Assembly (NCBI RefSeq): GCF_037042905.1
Contig: NC_087246.1
Span: 4,156,001 to 4,216,000, forward strand
Length of the DNA: 60,000 nucleotides
Reading direction: 5' to 3'
From: Lytechinus pictus
Taxonomy: Eukaryota
Within the stretch, counting starts at the first letter, position 1. Each line of letters starts with the position of its first letter. Below are positions 24,501 through 33,600 of the stretch, one piece after another. Below the pieces are notes generated by a model that searched no databases, was not told where the DNA came from, and saw only the letters and a list, made by a program, of their open reading frames with translations. The position numbers and the translations under genes were made by a program.

Positions 24501-27346
24501 TATACTAATACTAATGCACCTATCAATTGTAAGATGCACCCCCGACCCCCGGGAATGGTGTGTCATGGTAGGGTCATTTACCAACAAATTAGTGAAGCAG
24601 GGTACTGTCATAGAAACATTTGGTCCGTCACAGTTTGAGGATTGGGGTGCGTTAATGTCAGTCATGTTACCTGGGTGCGTCATGATGCCTCAGTGATACA
24701 AAAATTATTAAATTAATATATATTTTATATATCTTTCATTATGAACTCCCGTTCTCCCAGAAGAAATATAATTGACAAATTATTCCGACAACGTCGGAAA
24801 GGAAAATAAAACAGAATTGAAGTTGGTAACATCTCAGATTAGTTGGCGATCTATCGGGACATGTTTTTTAATTATTTTGAGGTGCTAACGAGTTAAAATA
24901 TATTTCATATATATACCTTTCATTACGACCACTTTCTCTCCATTAAGAAATATTAAAGACGCATTTTCTCTTCAATGTTGGAAATGTAAATAAAACAAAA
25001 CAGAAGTTGGAAACATCTTAGATTAGTTGGCAATCTATCAGGACATGTTTTAAAATTGTTTTGAATGGCTAACGAGTTAAATTATATTTTATATATCTTT
25101 CGTTATGAACTCCCGTTCTCCCAGAAGAAATATAATTGACGAATTATTCCAACAACCTCGGAAAGGAAAATAAAACAGAATTGAAGTTGGTAACATTTTA
25201 GATTAGTTGGCGCTCTAAGGACATGTTTTAAAATTGTTTTGAGGAATTAAAGAGTTAAAACATATTTCATATACCTTTCTTTATGACCGCTTTTTCTCTG
25301 TTAAGAAAAATATTAGACGCATTTTCTCGAAAATGTTGGAAACTTAAATAAAACAAAATAGAAGTTGGAAATATCTTAGATTAGTTGGCAATTGATCAGG
25401 ACTTGTTTTAAAATTGTTTTGAACGGCTAACAAGTTAAGACATTTTATATAAGTTTCGTTATGAACTCCCGTTCTCCCAGAAGAAATATAATTGACGAAT
25501 TATTCCAACAACCTCGGAGAGGAAAATAAAACAGAATTGAAGTTGGTAACATCTCAGATTAGTTGGCGATCTATCAGGAAATGTTTTTAAATTGTTTTGA
25601 ACGTGTAACGAGTTACACTGTCAAAAACGAAGTGCTAATTTAGCACTTACAGTGCTTGTATAGTGACTGCACTATGAGCATGAGTGCTGATTTTCTCGTT
25701 CAAATTTAAACTAGAAAATCAGCACTCGTAGTGCAGTCACTATACAAGCACTTTAAGTGCTAAATTAGCACTTCGTTTTTGACAGTGTAAGATTTATTTT
25801 ATATATCTTTCGTTATGAACTCCCGTTCTCCCAGAAGAAATATAATTGACGAATTATTCCAACAACGTCGGAAAGGAAAATAAAACAGAATAGAAGTCAC
25901 AAACATCTCAGATTAATGAACGAATGATTGGGATATGTTTTAAAATTGCTTTGAGGTGCTAACGAGTTAAAATCTATATTATGAACTTTTTCGCATGAAC
26001 CCTGGCCTTGATTTCCGAGAAGAAATGTAAATGGCGCATATTCCCGACATCGTCGGAAAGGAAAGCGTTCCCTTTGAGTTCGCCTCGGCCTCTGCTATCA
26101 CCACGAGGTTGTATTGAAGAGAAAACATTGTCAGAGACTATAGCGAAATACATGTATCGCGTTCCATTGCATTTAGCTCGATTGTGCCCACGCAGCACTT
26201 GCACGCACGAGACATCACACTTCAGAGTCTAGTCTGAATCTGACTTTTTACTCTGACGAAGGTGCGTCAGGGAGACGGTCATGGTTGGTCAAAATCTTGA
26301 ACTGGTGCGTCACTTTTTTCTTTCTTGGCAGGGTCATTGTAAGTAAAGGTGCGTCATTGTTAAGACACACATGTGCGTCACGCACCACACCACGTACCAT
26401 AAAATCTGACTCACGTTTGACAAGTGACGCACCCTTCCCGGGGGTCGGGGGGTGCGTCATACAATTGATAGGTGCATAAATACTGGTGCGCAGCGGCAAT
26501 TTTCCAGAGAGTAGGCAGTACAAAAAAGACTAAAAAACTTCTCTCACTCAGCTCAACTCAGTCTCTGCTAGCTGCTTACCGGTTTTACAATACACTGGAC
26601 TAGAGTCTAAACTCTATTCTTCATGTTTCACTGGCTATTCCATATCCAAAATGAAAAAAAAAACGTTTTAAAATTTCTCCAGACAAATTGTTTTGCTGTC
26701 TAACTCTAACAAACACAGGGGCCGATTGCACGAAAGGGTCTTTCCAAGGACCGTCTTTCGTGTCGCCCATCTTTTATGATACGCCATGTGAAACGCATTT
26801 CAAATAAATTATCTGCAAATATATTTTATTTTTCCGTTAAAATAAACAAAATATTTGTTTATAAAATGATGTGATATTTCATGAAATTGTATAAAATTTG
26901 ATTTAAAAGCAAGCTTACGAATTTTATTTGTTTATCATAAATTTCAGAAACACCCCGCTTATAGCGCATCATAAAAGATGGGCGACACGAAAGACGGTCC
27001 TTGGAAAGACCCTTTCGTGCAATCGGCCCCTGGGTAATTCGTAACGGCTAACGCGCGCAGGGCCGAGTCGCAGCTACAGACAGACAGTGTCAGTGACAAG
27101 GGGATTGTCAATGCAGTGCAGTGCATTAACACAAGCAGACGCCGAAGAGTTGAATTTGAGTCAATTAAAACGCAATTAAACCTATATCACGACTGTCACA
27201 TTGACTTCAAATACTACATGTATCTACAGGAAGTATTTCTCACCACTCCTAACTGTTCTAAAGCTCTGACTTGGCTGTTGTTCAGCCAATAAAGGACTCT
27301 CAAGTTCTACTGAGACACGATTTAGGTCGTCCTCCAATTCCGCCAT
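3436..27346 (-). CDS. TPCN1: Two-pore channel 1 (TPC1), partial gene model: exons 27346-27244, 22659-22349, 17974-17861, 17322-17192, 16649-16561, 13715-13622, 12899-12800, 7401-7285, 4094-3963, 3586-3436; downstream exons not found in window
   Basis: Ten exons with GT-AG boundaries and compatible phases (1342 nt) splice into one open frame. It carries TPC1 hallmarks: [35 protein letters not shown] (IS4), [27 protein letters not shown] (pore I) and [11 protein letters not shown] (IS6). Confidence 0.96.
3799..3860 (-). pseudogene. Decayed partial duplicate of TPC1 exon 9
   Basis: 52 of 62 nt identical, ungapped, to 4000-4061; in-frame TAG TAA in the copy. Confidence 0.8.
3963..4094 (-). CDS. 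TPCN1: TPC1 coding exon 9 (EF-like linker)
   Basis: CAG/GTATG bounded, 132 nt; [44 protein letters not shown]. Confidence 0.93.
5927..6063. mobile_element. Short MITE, PIF/Harbinger-like (CTG TSD)
   Basis: Imperfect TIRs GGTAGTGTTTCAT / ATGAAATGCTTCC, flanked by CTG on both sides; related copy near 49890-50285. Confidence 0.6.
7285..7401 (-). CDS. TPCN1: TPC1 coding exon 8 (end of IS6)
   Basis: CAG/GTAAG bounded, 117 nt; [39 protein letters not shown]. Confidence 0.96.
8140..8561. mobile_element. PIF/Harbinger-like MITE (TAA TSD)
   Basis: ~40-bp imperfect TIRs (AGGCGACCGCACACCTTACGA / TCATAAGGTGTGCGGTGGCCT); TAA at 8137-8139 and 8562-8564. Confidence 0.85.
12800..12899 (-). CDS. TPCN1: TPC1 coding exon 7 (pore I and IS6)
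   Basis: CAG/GTAAG bounded, 100 nt; [33 protein letters not shown]. Confidence 0.96.
13471..13578 (-). mobile_element. SINE/LINE 3' tail fragment
   Basis: (AAT)n microsatellite adjoining TTGTATAGCGC...ATTACCCC, resembling the tail region near 44335-44380. Confidence 0.45.
13622..13715 (-). CDS. TPCN1: TPC1 coding exon 6 (pore helix I)
   Basis: CAG/GTGAGT bounded, 94 nt; [30 protein letters not shown](N). Confidence 0.96.
14373..16370. mobile_element. ~2-kb non-autonomous Harbinger-like DNA transposon with internal A/G-rich tract
   Basis: TIRs GGG(T/C)GGTATTCTGAAAACGTTCTTATCT, CAG TSD (14370-14372, 16371-16373), and subterminal copies of the TIR motif. Confidence 0.85.
14710..15990 (+). repeat. 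Polypurine (A/G-rich) low-complexity tract
   Basis: About 1.3 kb dominated by A and G (GAAA/AAAG-like); source of spurious Phe/Leu/Ser ORFs on the - strand. Confidence 0.9.
16374..16530. mobile_element. Short Harbinger-like MITE (CAG TSD) abutting the 2-kb element
   Basis: TIRs GTGGTTGTTTCATAAAGCTGTTCATAAGTTAAGAGC / GCTCTTAACTTACGAGCAGCTTTATAAAACGGCTCC; CAG at 16371-16373 and 16531-16533. Confidence 0.75.
16561..16649 (-). CDS. TPCN1: TPC1 coding exon 5 (S4-S5 linker and IS5)
   Basis: AG/GTAAG bounded, 89 nt; [29 protein letters not shown](G). Confidence 0.95.
17192..17322 (-). CDS. TPCN1: TPC1 coding exon 4 (IS3-IS4)
   Basis: AG/GTGAG bounded, 131 nt; [43 protein letters not shown](R). 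Confidence 0.96.
17861..17974 (-). CDS. TPCN1: TPC1 coding exon 3 (IS2)
   Basis: AG/GT bounded, 114 nt; [38 protein letters not shown]. Confidence 0.95.
21790..21915 (+). repeat. (CTTT)n microsatellite
   Basis: Direct inspection. Confidence 0.85.
22349..22659 (-). CDS. TPCN1: TPC1 coding exon 2 (N-terminus and IS1)
   Basis: TTTCCAG acceptor and GTAAGT donor; encodes [40 protein letters not shown]...[10 protein letters not shown]. Confidence 0.96.
23496..23905. repeat. Interspersed repeat with reiterated TGACCTTTGACC-type motifs
   Basis: Starts AACAAGTGGAACGCCTCTGGCAGTCTCGCCTGCATTACG and has internally repeated units (TGACCTTT, GTTTCATGA, CCAACA); family not assigned. Confidence 0.55.
24275..24460. 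mobile_element. Palindromic AT-rich MITE
   Basis: ~65-bp inverted arms (TACAAAATGCCGTTTGAAGAACAATTTATAGATAAAAAT / ATTTTTATCTATAAATTGTTCTTCAAAATGGCATTTTGTA); imperfect 4-bp flanks AAGC/AAGG. Confidence 0.75.
24715..26065. repeat. Tandem array of ~180-bp units, two alternating variants (A-B-A-B-A-A plus degenerate copy)
   Basis: A units contain ATGAACTCCCGTTCTCCCAGAAGAAATATAATTGAC (near 24741, 25105, 25461, 25815). B units contain GACGCATTTTCTC. Both share GATTAGTTGGC and AAC/AAGAGTTAA. Confidence 0.9.
25616..25787. mobile_element. Near-perfect hairpin MITE with CACTG..CAGTG ends and TA TSD
   Basis: ~75-bp inverted arms starting CACTGTCAAAAACGAAGTGCTAATTTAGCACTTA; TA at 25614-25615 and 25788-25789; inserted into the tandem array. 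Confidence 0.9.
26719..27029. mobile_element. Young Harbinger-like MITE with 62-bp perfect TIRs
   Basis: GGGCCGATTGCACGAAAGGGTCTTTCCAAGGACCGTCTTTCGTGTCGCCCATCTTTTATGAT and its exact reverse complement; flanks CAG/CTG. Confidence 0.9.
27244..27346 (-). CDS. TPCN1: TPC1 coding exon 1 ([34 protein letters not shown])
   Basis: ATG in AAACATGGCG context and G|GTGAGA donor. The phase-1 end joins exon 2 in frame (G+AC=Asp). Contains an acidic dileucine-like ESPLL motif, similar to other TPC N-termini. Confidence 0.8.
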
Positions 27347-27864
27347 GTTTACATCCGTCAGCTGTTATTCTCGCTTTTCGAGGTGAGATTTGGCGAGATT
27401 TCGCTACACCAGTTGACCCCTTTCGACCTTTTCTCGGAAGTCACCAAGCAACGAAACCGTATTACACAAATACGAGCAAGCGGATGGATAATATTTCATG
27501 TTAAAAACTTACCATTTTGTTAAGCTTTACTATTTTTCATTACCATTTGTAATGTAAAGTCATCGAATTTTCGCAGATTTGAAAATACTCAAAATCGGAA
27601 CAGATTTACACGGCAATTATGTGAGGCTTCATTTTCCCTTCGCGGAGGAATATTTACAAACAAGATTTGTGGTGCGGTTACTCTATTTACGTGTGTTGTC
27701 TATGAGATCGAGAGTGCTGGAGGTTCAGGAGGAAAGAACAAGTGTTTGTGGAAACAAATGTGGAATTCTGCATAAACTTTTGAGAGTTCAAATTAATTAC
27801 CTTACCTAAAATTCAATCTGTGTAGTTTTTATCCGAGAGGTGGAAATACGTAACGAGCTGCAAG
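27347..27864. promoter_or_regulatory. Bidirectional promoter and 5' UTR region shared by TPC1 and IQCD
   Basis: 518 bp between divergent start codons; CpG-richer than the flanks. Confidence 0.75.
27440..27452. promoter_or_regulatory. RFX X-box
   Basis: GTCACC-A-AGCAAC matches the consensus GTNRCC(N0-3)RGYAAC and lies upstream of a motile-cilia gene. Confidence 0.65.
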
Positions 27865-28776
27865 ATGTCTTTCGCCGACATGGCTGTGATGGAGACGTTT
27901 CGTCTGCTCGACAAGGTTCGAGCTGAGGGTCCAAAAGAACGTCCAGAAAGACCTAACATAGATTTTCCACAGGTCAAACCACACAAACCGAATAAGCCAA
28001 AGGAATCAAAGAACCAAAGAACCGATCCTCTACGTATCCTAGACCCTGGAAGGAAGAAACTTACAACAGTTGAATCACAAAGAATTTTGGCAGTATTGGA
28101 CGAGAGCATCAAGAATGCTGAGGTTGTAAGCTTGCTACCTTACGCTTGTGAAAATGTCAATCGTTTCAGCGTTGTTCTTGGTATCGAGACAGTTGTTACT
28201 ATACAGGAGCATGAAAAGATCCAGAGTGCATTTAAAGATGCTGCAAAAAAACTTAGCGATTACAAAAATATGGACAAAGTCGAGTCTCGAAAATCTACCC
28301 CAGCAGCACGCGCAGCTGAGTCTGAGATACAACCCACCAATGATGATGAAGATAATTATGATGAAGTTCAGATGATTGAGAGCAGGAGGCAAACTCCATC
28401 CGATAGATTAGACAAAGTTGACTCAATTTCACTTATTGATGAGGAAGAAGTGCAGCTTTCAAAAATGGTGAATGTTCAAGCGCAGCAGTTGAAGTTTTCA
28501 TGTAGAAATATCCTGCGGTTGCTGAGCTTGAACCCAGCAGCAGTCAATGCCCTGAGGTCTGAGATCAAAGAGCGAGGCCCAGAGTCTAGTTCTATGATTG
28601 GATACATGAAGGATCTGAGATCATTTATTCTGGAAAGACTGCTTACCACGCCCTTGGAAGAGAAAGAGAAAACAGATTATCTCAGGGAGATCACAATCAG
28701 GGAGCATAAGAATTCTGATGTCATCAAGAAACTTTCTGCTGAGCTACAGGAGGCAATTGAAGATAAAGACATGAAG
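27865..28776 (+). CDS. IQCD: IQCD coding exon 1
   Basis: 304-codon open frame ending AAG|GTAT. A possible 5' UTR intron at 27621-27825 is weakly supported. Confidence 0.92.
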
Positions 28777-30652
28777 GTATAAAGGGGAGATTCGAAACTT
28801 CTTTTCTTCTTTCTCTAATTGACATTCCCTCTACCTACTTGTATCCTATTCTTTCTCTTTCTAGCCCCCTTCCCTCTTCCATTATTTGCTATTGAGTAGA
28901 TCTAGCCTACTAGTATTGAATTATGCCTGTCTGAAGGGCTTTTAAAACTTTGTTTTTTGGGGGAGGGTCTTTTTGGATTCTCCAATGGAGGAGGTGTAAT
29001 AAAAGCAAGATCCCGGTACAGTGCATGTAGTCTAGTGGAACAGCAGACGAAACCATGACTGAAGCTTTTGGTCTGCTACTAGACTGCTAATTATTCCTTT
29101 TCTTTTTCACTTTGTTTATATATTATCATCACTTTTTTCTTTAAAAATAATTGCAGAAACTGTCTTAAATTGGTCAAATTATTTTGAGATTTGGATACCT
29201 TTCACACAACATTAGATATTTTTTTGACTGCTGACTTGAAACATGATCAATGCTTTCAAAAAAAGTAATTGCCTTGTCCTTGTCTATTGTTTTTTTTTTG
29301 TGTGTGTGTGTGGCATGCAGAGCTAAACACTGGCAGTATATTGCCCATACAAAACAAATCATAATTTTCAATTTTATTGTCAAAAAAGGAAAATCACTAG
29401 ATTAAATATTCTTTATTGTTCTACTTTTTTTTTTTTTTTTTTTTTTACGTTCTACAGATCTCCAAACAAAATGATGAAATTCGTCGACTAAAGGGCGACC
29501 TCCACCAGTTAGAGAAATTCTCTGAGGAGCACATCAGGAGAACTAAATCAGAAGCTGACAAACAGCAACAGGCAGACTTCAAGAACTCTGAAGTCAAACA
29601 GACCAAGTTACACTCTGATCTTCAGGGTCTACGTACCCAGCTGACCAATCAGACATCAGAGCACAGAGAGAGCGAGTTAGCTTTGAGAAAAGTGAGGACG
29701 ATTTTCATCTATTTGTAGATTTTGGGATATAAAGCAGTGGGAAAAATCAGTTAATTCAAAATACATGTAGCCCATCTGATATTTTCCTTTTTTTTCTATT
29801 TATTTCATCCAAGAATAAAATGTATTTTGTTGAAGACATTTGGTACTCAAAAATTTCTCTTTCTTAAAAAAATTCTACATGTTATATTAGTCTTTTTCAA
29901 ACAGAATATGTATTATACCATTAAATAAATTATCAACATATTTGATATAATTAAAATCTTCAATGAGGAATGTAGTTGATGTCTACACTCAAAAGCGTTA
30001 GATTTGTAAGAATAATGTTAAAACTTTTTCTGAGAATCCCATAACTATGAAATATTTGTACAAAAATAAACTCCCTCCAAGCAGCTAATTTTAAGTTTTT
30101 GCATTCTTTTTTTCTACAGAGAAAATATATGATTGAAACTGAAGTAGAAAACTGGATCCAGAAATATGATCAAGATATGGGCGAGAGACAGGTGAGTTAA
30201 CACGTCCATGACTTTCACATATCATTTAGATAGTGGCATCTTTATTTGAAAGGATTTGTGGAGTTATGCAAACATCTTTATGTATCTTATAAGAGTAAAC
30301 CTATAAAATAAGAATGATGTTCATAGGAAGTTGGTTAATTATTGTGCTTCGTATTTTTGTTTATCTCCAGGCTGAGTTTGAAGACCTTGACGCAATCTAC
30401 ACTGAGGAGAAAGCCCAACTCAACGAACTCGAAGAGAGATTCAAGACCCTGGAGGAAGAATACAAGCGAATTGTTGAGGAGAGGCGCATTGCACAAGAAA
30501 AGAAGGAACGAGAAGAGAGGGAATTAGCTATGATGATCAAGGCTTCAACAATCATCCAAGCATTCTGGAGGTCGTATAAATGTAGGAAAGCTCTGAAGAA
30601 CAAGGGAAAGAAGGGCAAAAAAGGAAAGAAAGGAAAGAAGGGAAAGCGATAA
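27865..30652 (+). CDS. IQCD: IQ domain-containing protein D / dynein regulatory complex subunit 10 (DRC10), complete, 4 coding exons (27865-28776, 29458-29691, 30120-30191, 30371-30652), 499 aa
   Basis: Phase-0 GT-AG introns. N-terminal DPLRILDPGRKKLTTVESQRILAVLDE, long coiled coil, ETEVENWIQKYDQDMGERQ, C-terminal IQ motif ASTIIQAFWRSYKCRK and Lys/Gly-rich tail, all typical of IQCD/DRC10. Confidence 0.94.
29458..29691 (+). CDS. IQCD: IQCD coding exon 2
   Basis: Poly-T tract plus TACAG acceptor and GTGAG donor; ISKQNDEIRRLKGDL...ESELALRK. Confidence 0.94.
30120..30191 (+). CDS. IQCD: IQCD coding exon 3
   Basis: TTTCTACAG acceptor and CAG|GTGAGT donor; RKYMIETEVENWIQKYDQDMGERQ. Confidence 0.94.
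30371..30652 (+). CDS. IQCD: IQCD coding exon 4 (IQ motif, stop)
   Basis: CTCCAG acceptor; AEFEDLDAIY...IIQAFWRSYKCRKALKNKGKKGKKGKKGKKGKR*. AATAAA follows at 30714-30719. Confidence 0.94.
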   Translation, partial: AEFEDLDAIYTEEKAQLNELEERFKTLEEEYKRIVEERRIAQEKKEREERELAMMIKASTIIQAFWRSYKCRKALKNKGKKGKKGKKGKKGKR

Positions 30653-33600
30653 ATTAATAGATTTCACATTATTTGTGATTCTTTTAACTTTGGTGCATCA
30701 TTGTGGCTATTCAAATAAATCAGACAAAATGGAATTAATTTTTGTGTGTGATGCCACATACACAGGGGGATACATCTCTCAATTTTGATGAATTCTTTAT
30801 GATTCTTTATTAAACTTAAACTCGGACATTCCTAGTAAAGCATTTTGTAATCTGACTCTGTACAGATCATTTGATATTCGACACATGACCAAGTGCTCTG
30901 AAACAGTTTGGTTCTTTTCAATATCTTTAGATCATTTTCATTTTTCAGGTTGTATTTATACACATATTGATGTACAAAGTGGAGTTTAGCTTGCACTTTA
31001 ACTCAAAATGAACATGAATGATTCATATTCATTCTCACTGACCTGCATGTTGAGGTCAAAGTTATCATTACATTTACGTTACTGTATTAAAAGGAAGAAT
31101 TGGAGAGGAAGATTTTTGTTTACGTTCGGTATAGATGATTAGCACTGAAATTTGCTGTAGCATGCCTGTAGATTATAGAATCACTGATGGTAGGTATTTT
31201 GCCTTTGTATACAATTGTTGCCTTGATAACATATTCAGCAGGTCTCGGCTCTTTCTCAAACACTGTTTTCCAGATAAATGTCTTTCATTTTCATGTTTGA
31301 TTTGAATATATGCAAGCTAATTGTTCTGATTAGGTTTTGTATTCTGAAAATACCTGCATTTTTATTTTTTATGCAAGAGTTGTGTAAGAAATTCAAGTTA
31401 GCATGGTCAAAGAAAACATTATATAAATAATAAAGAAACATTATGGTATATAAATAGTGAAAGGCTTCCTTTAAAAATACCACCTTGAAATATATCAGTC
31501 ATTTTGGTGTTTTAGTGAACCTGTGGTTGAGTTTATACCTCACTTATGAAGTGGCCATTGCCAACTCATTCATTGTGTATAGACTTCCTTAATCCTGCAA
31601 TTAAAAGTGCAAAATAGATAATTTATTTATTTATTTTGCAATGAAGTGAAGACAAAGAAGTAATGCATGTATCAGCTCAGTTTGAATTTCAATGTTTTTT
31701 GTATGTGCATTAACTTTGTCATTAAATGTTGAGTGGCAATGGAAAAAACACGAAAGTAGCAGTGATAGAGATTTAGAATGAAATTCTTTTTAGTCTGGAC
31801 TTAATTCTGAGTTACATTTCCTTATGAGTAAACCATCCATTGTCTGGTGTAAGAATATTTCATCAGAATTAAAAGTTTATTGGGTTAGTAAACATGTATT
31901 GAGCAGGGTCTCCATTGAGCATTTATTTTCATAATACATGTTCTCCTTGCGTCAGATACATGTATGTCCTTTGATTTGAAACTACACTATTTATAAATAC
32001 TGAATGAGCCAAAGTTAATATGTTCCCATTACTATTTCTGTTAGAATTCCAATTCTATATAATTATGTAAGATGTGTATATATAACATTGTATATTTTAG
32101 CGTATATGATTTTAAATGAGAATATATTCAAACAAATTAAAGCTCCCATTATTGATGTATTTTTTTTCTTTCAACACCATGAAATCAATTCAGGAATGTA
32201 AAAGGAGAAAAAAAAGTGGATGAAAAGAGAATGATGGTTACCTTGGGATGATAGAAAAGAGATGAGAGGGGGAGAGGCTCTGATGGTGAGATTTCAATGA
32301 GAATATTTTCCTTACCTGTTAGCAAAGGAAGAGTAAAGCTGTTCAAAGAACATTAAGTGATTGTCATCCAAAGTCCTTAGTATCTGACTAGCACCCCCCA
32401 CTTTCTTACATATACAGTATATTAATTGGCACATATTTTCTGTAGAAATTATTTAGCAGGTCCAGTAAATGTAATGTTGCCTTGTCTCGCTCTCTATATA
32501 CCCGGTCTATATAACCCACCGGTTTGGCCTCTATCATCTTAATGCTTTCTAATAGAACTTCTAGTAGAAGTAAGATTTTATTGACATTGCTATCAGACTG
32601 AACTCATCATGTACATGTAGTTTAGTATTGCTCAAAGGTTCAAGATTCTTTGTACACGATTTAAAGTTTAATTTTTTAACCATGCAATTATGAAGTTTGC
32701 TGCCCTCTATTGGTTACCTATGGGGTTTCCTCGGCATAGTTCTGAATAGACTCGCTGACAAGATTACTGAGATCTTGAGAAAAATACTTTATAAATATTT
32801 TTTCCACAAAGAAAAGATGATTTTAAATTGTTAATTGGTAATATCTTCTACCTTTGATGAAGTGATTGATTACAATGTATGGTAAAAATCTAGTGAATTC
32901 TGTTTTAAAGATAGACGTTCTTCGTCTGTCTCGAGTCCCTTAAATTTTTTTGATAAACTTGAGCTCAGCCAACGTACCAGTCAAGAAATTTATATATTCT
33001 TCCACTTACACGAGATTTTTTTTATCGACGCCAACATAACCAAGATAGGATTGTAGATTATCATCAATCAGCAATACAAGTCTCTCTTATCTTCATGGCA
33101 TGGTAAATCGAAAGAGAAAGAATTAGCACCTTAAATCGTGTCGCTTCGTCATAAAACACGAACTTTTTTTTCTTACATTTTTTCTTACGGACCTGAACTT
33201 CACACATCGATGTAATTAGGTTACAAACAATTATCAATATTTCCCCCAGAGTGAATACTACGGTGTAAGGCGAGTGCCCCTCATTTTGATTGATTGGGTC
33301 TTTCCATTCCCCCCCCCCCCTCATACGTCATCACGTCCCCGCGAACCATTCGTAGAAAAGCCAAGAGAGGGCATCGACCCTAGGTGTCATAACCTCAGTG
33401 ACCTTGGTTTAAGGACATGCCAATATATCTCACTGCCCCTCGATTTGTTACTAGTCTCCGAAGAGAACCTGGTCCTTGAGGTAGGGTCAATTTTCCTTGA
33501 TAGTCATGAAGTGCCCACTTCCCGATTCTACACCTTTTCCCCGATTGTATTAACGATTATTCTTAATAGTTGTGCTGCGGAAAACAGTGAAAATATGAAT

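Larger units (their letters stand above)
24514..26477. mobile_element. Probable ~2-kb DNA transposon remnant enclosing a tandem array
   Basis: ~52-bp inverted repeats at 24514-24565 and 26425-26477 and multiple subterminal GGTGCGTCA motifs; exact termini and TSD not resolved. Confidence 0.65.

Noticed and set aside
24715..26065. Regularly spaced repeats that might suggest a CRISPR array
   Set aside because: Whole ~180-bp units repeat with no unique spacers, there are no cas genes, and the context is eukaryotic.
26570..27810. Extra - strand donor-like sites (GTAAG near 26579, 27512, 27805) as alternative TPC1 first exons
   Set aside because: No in-frame ATG-initiated phase-1 exon could be built for them; unsupported without transcripts.
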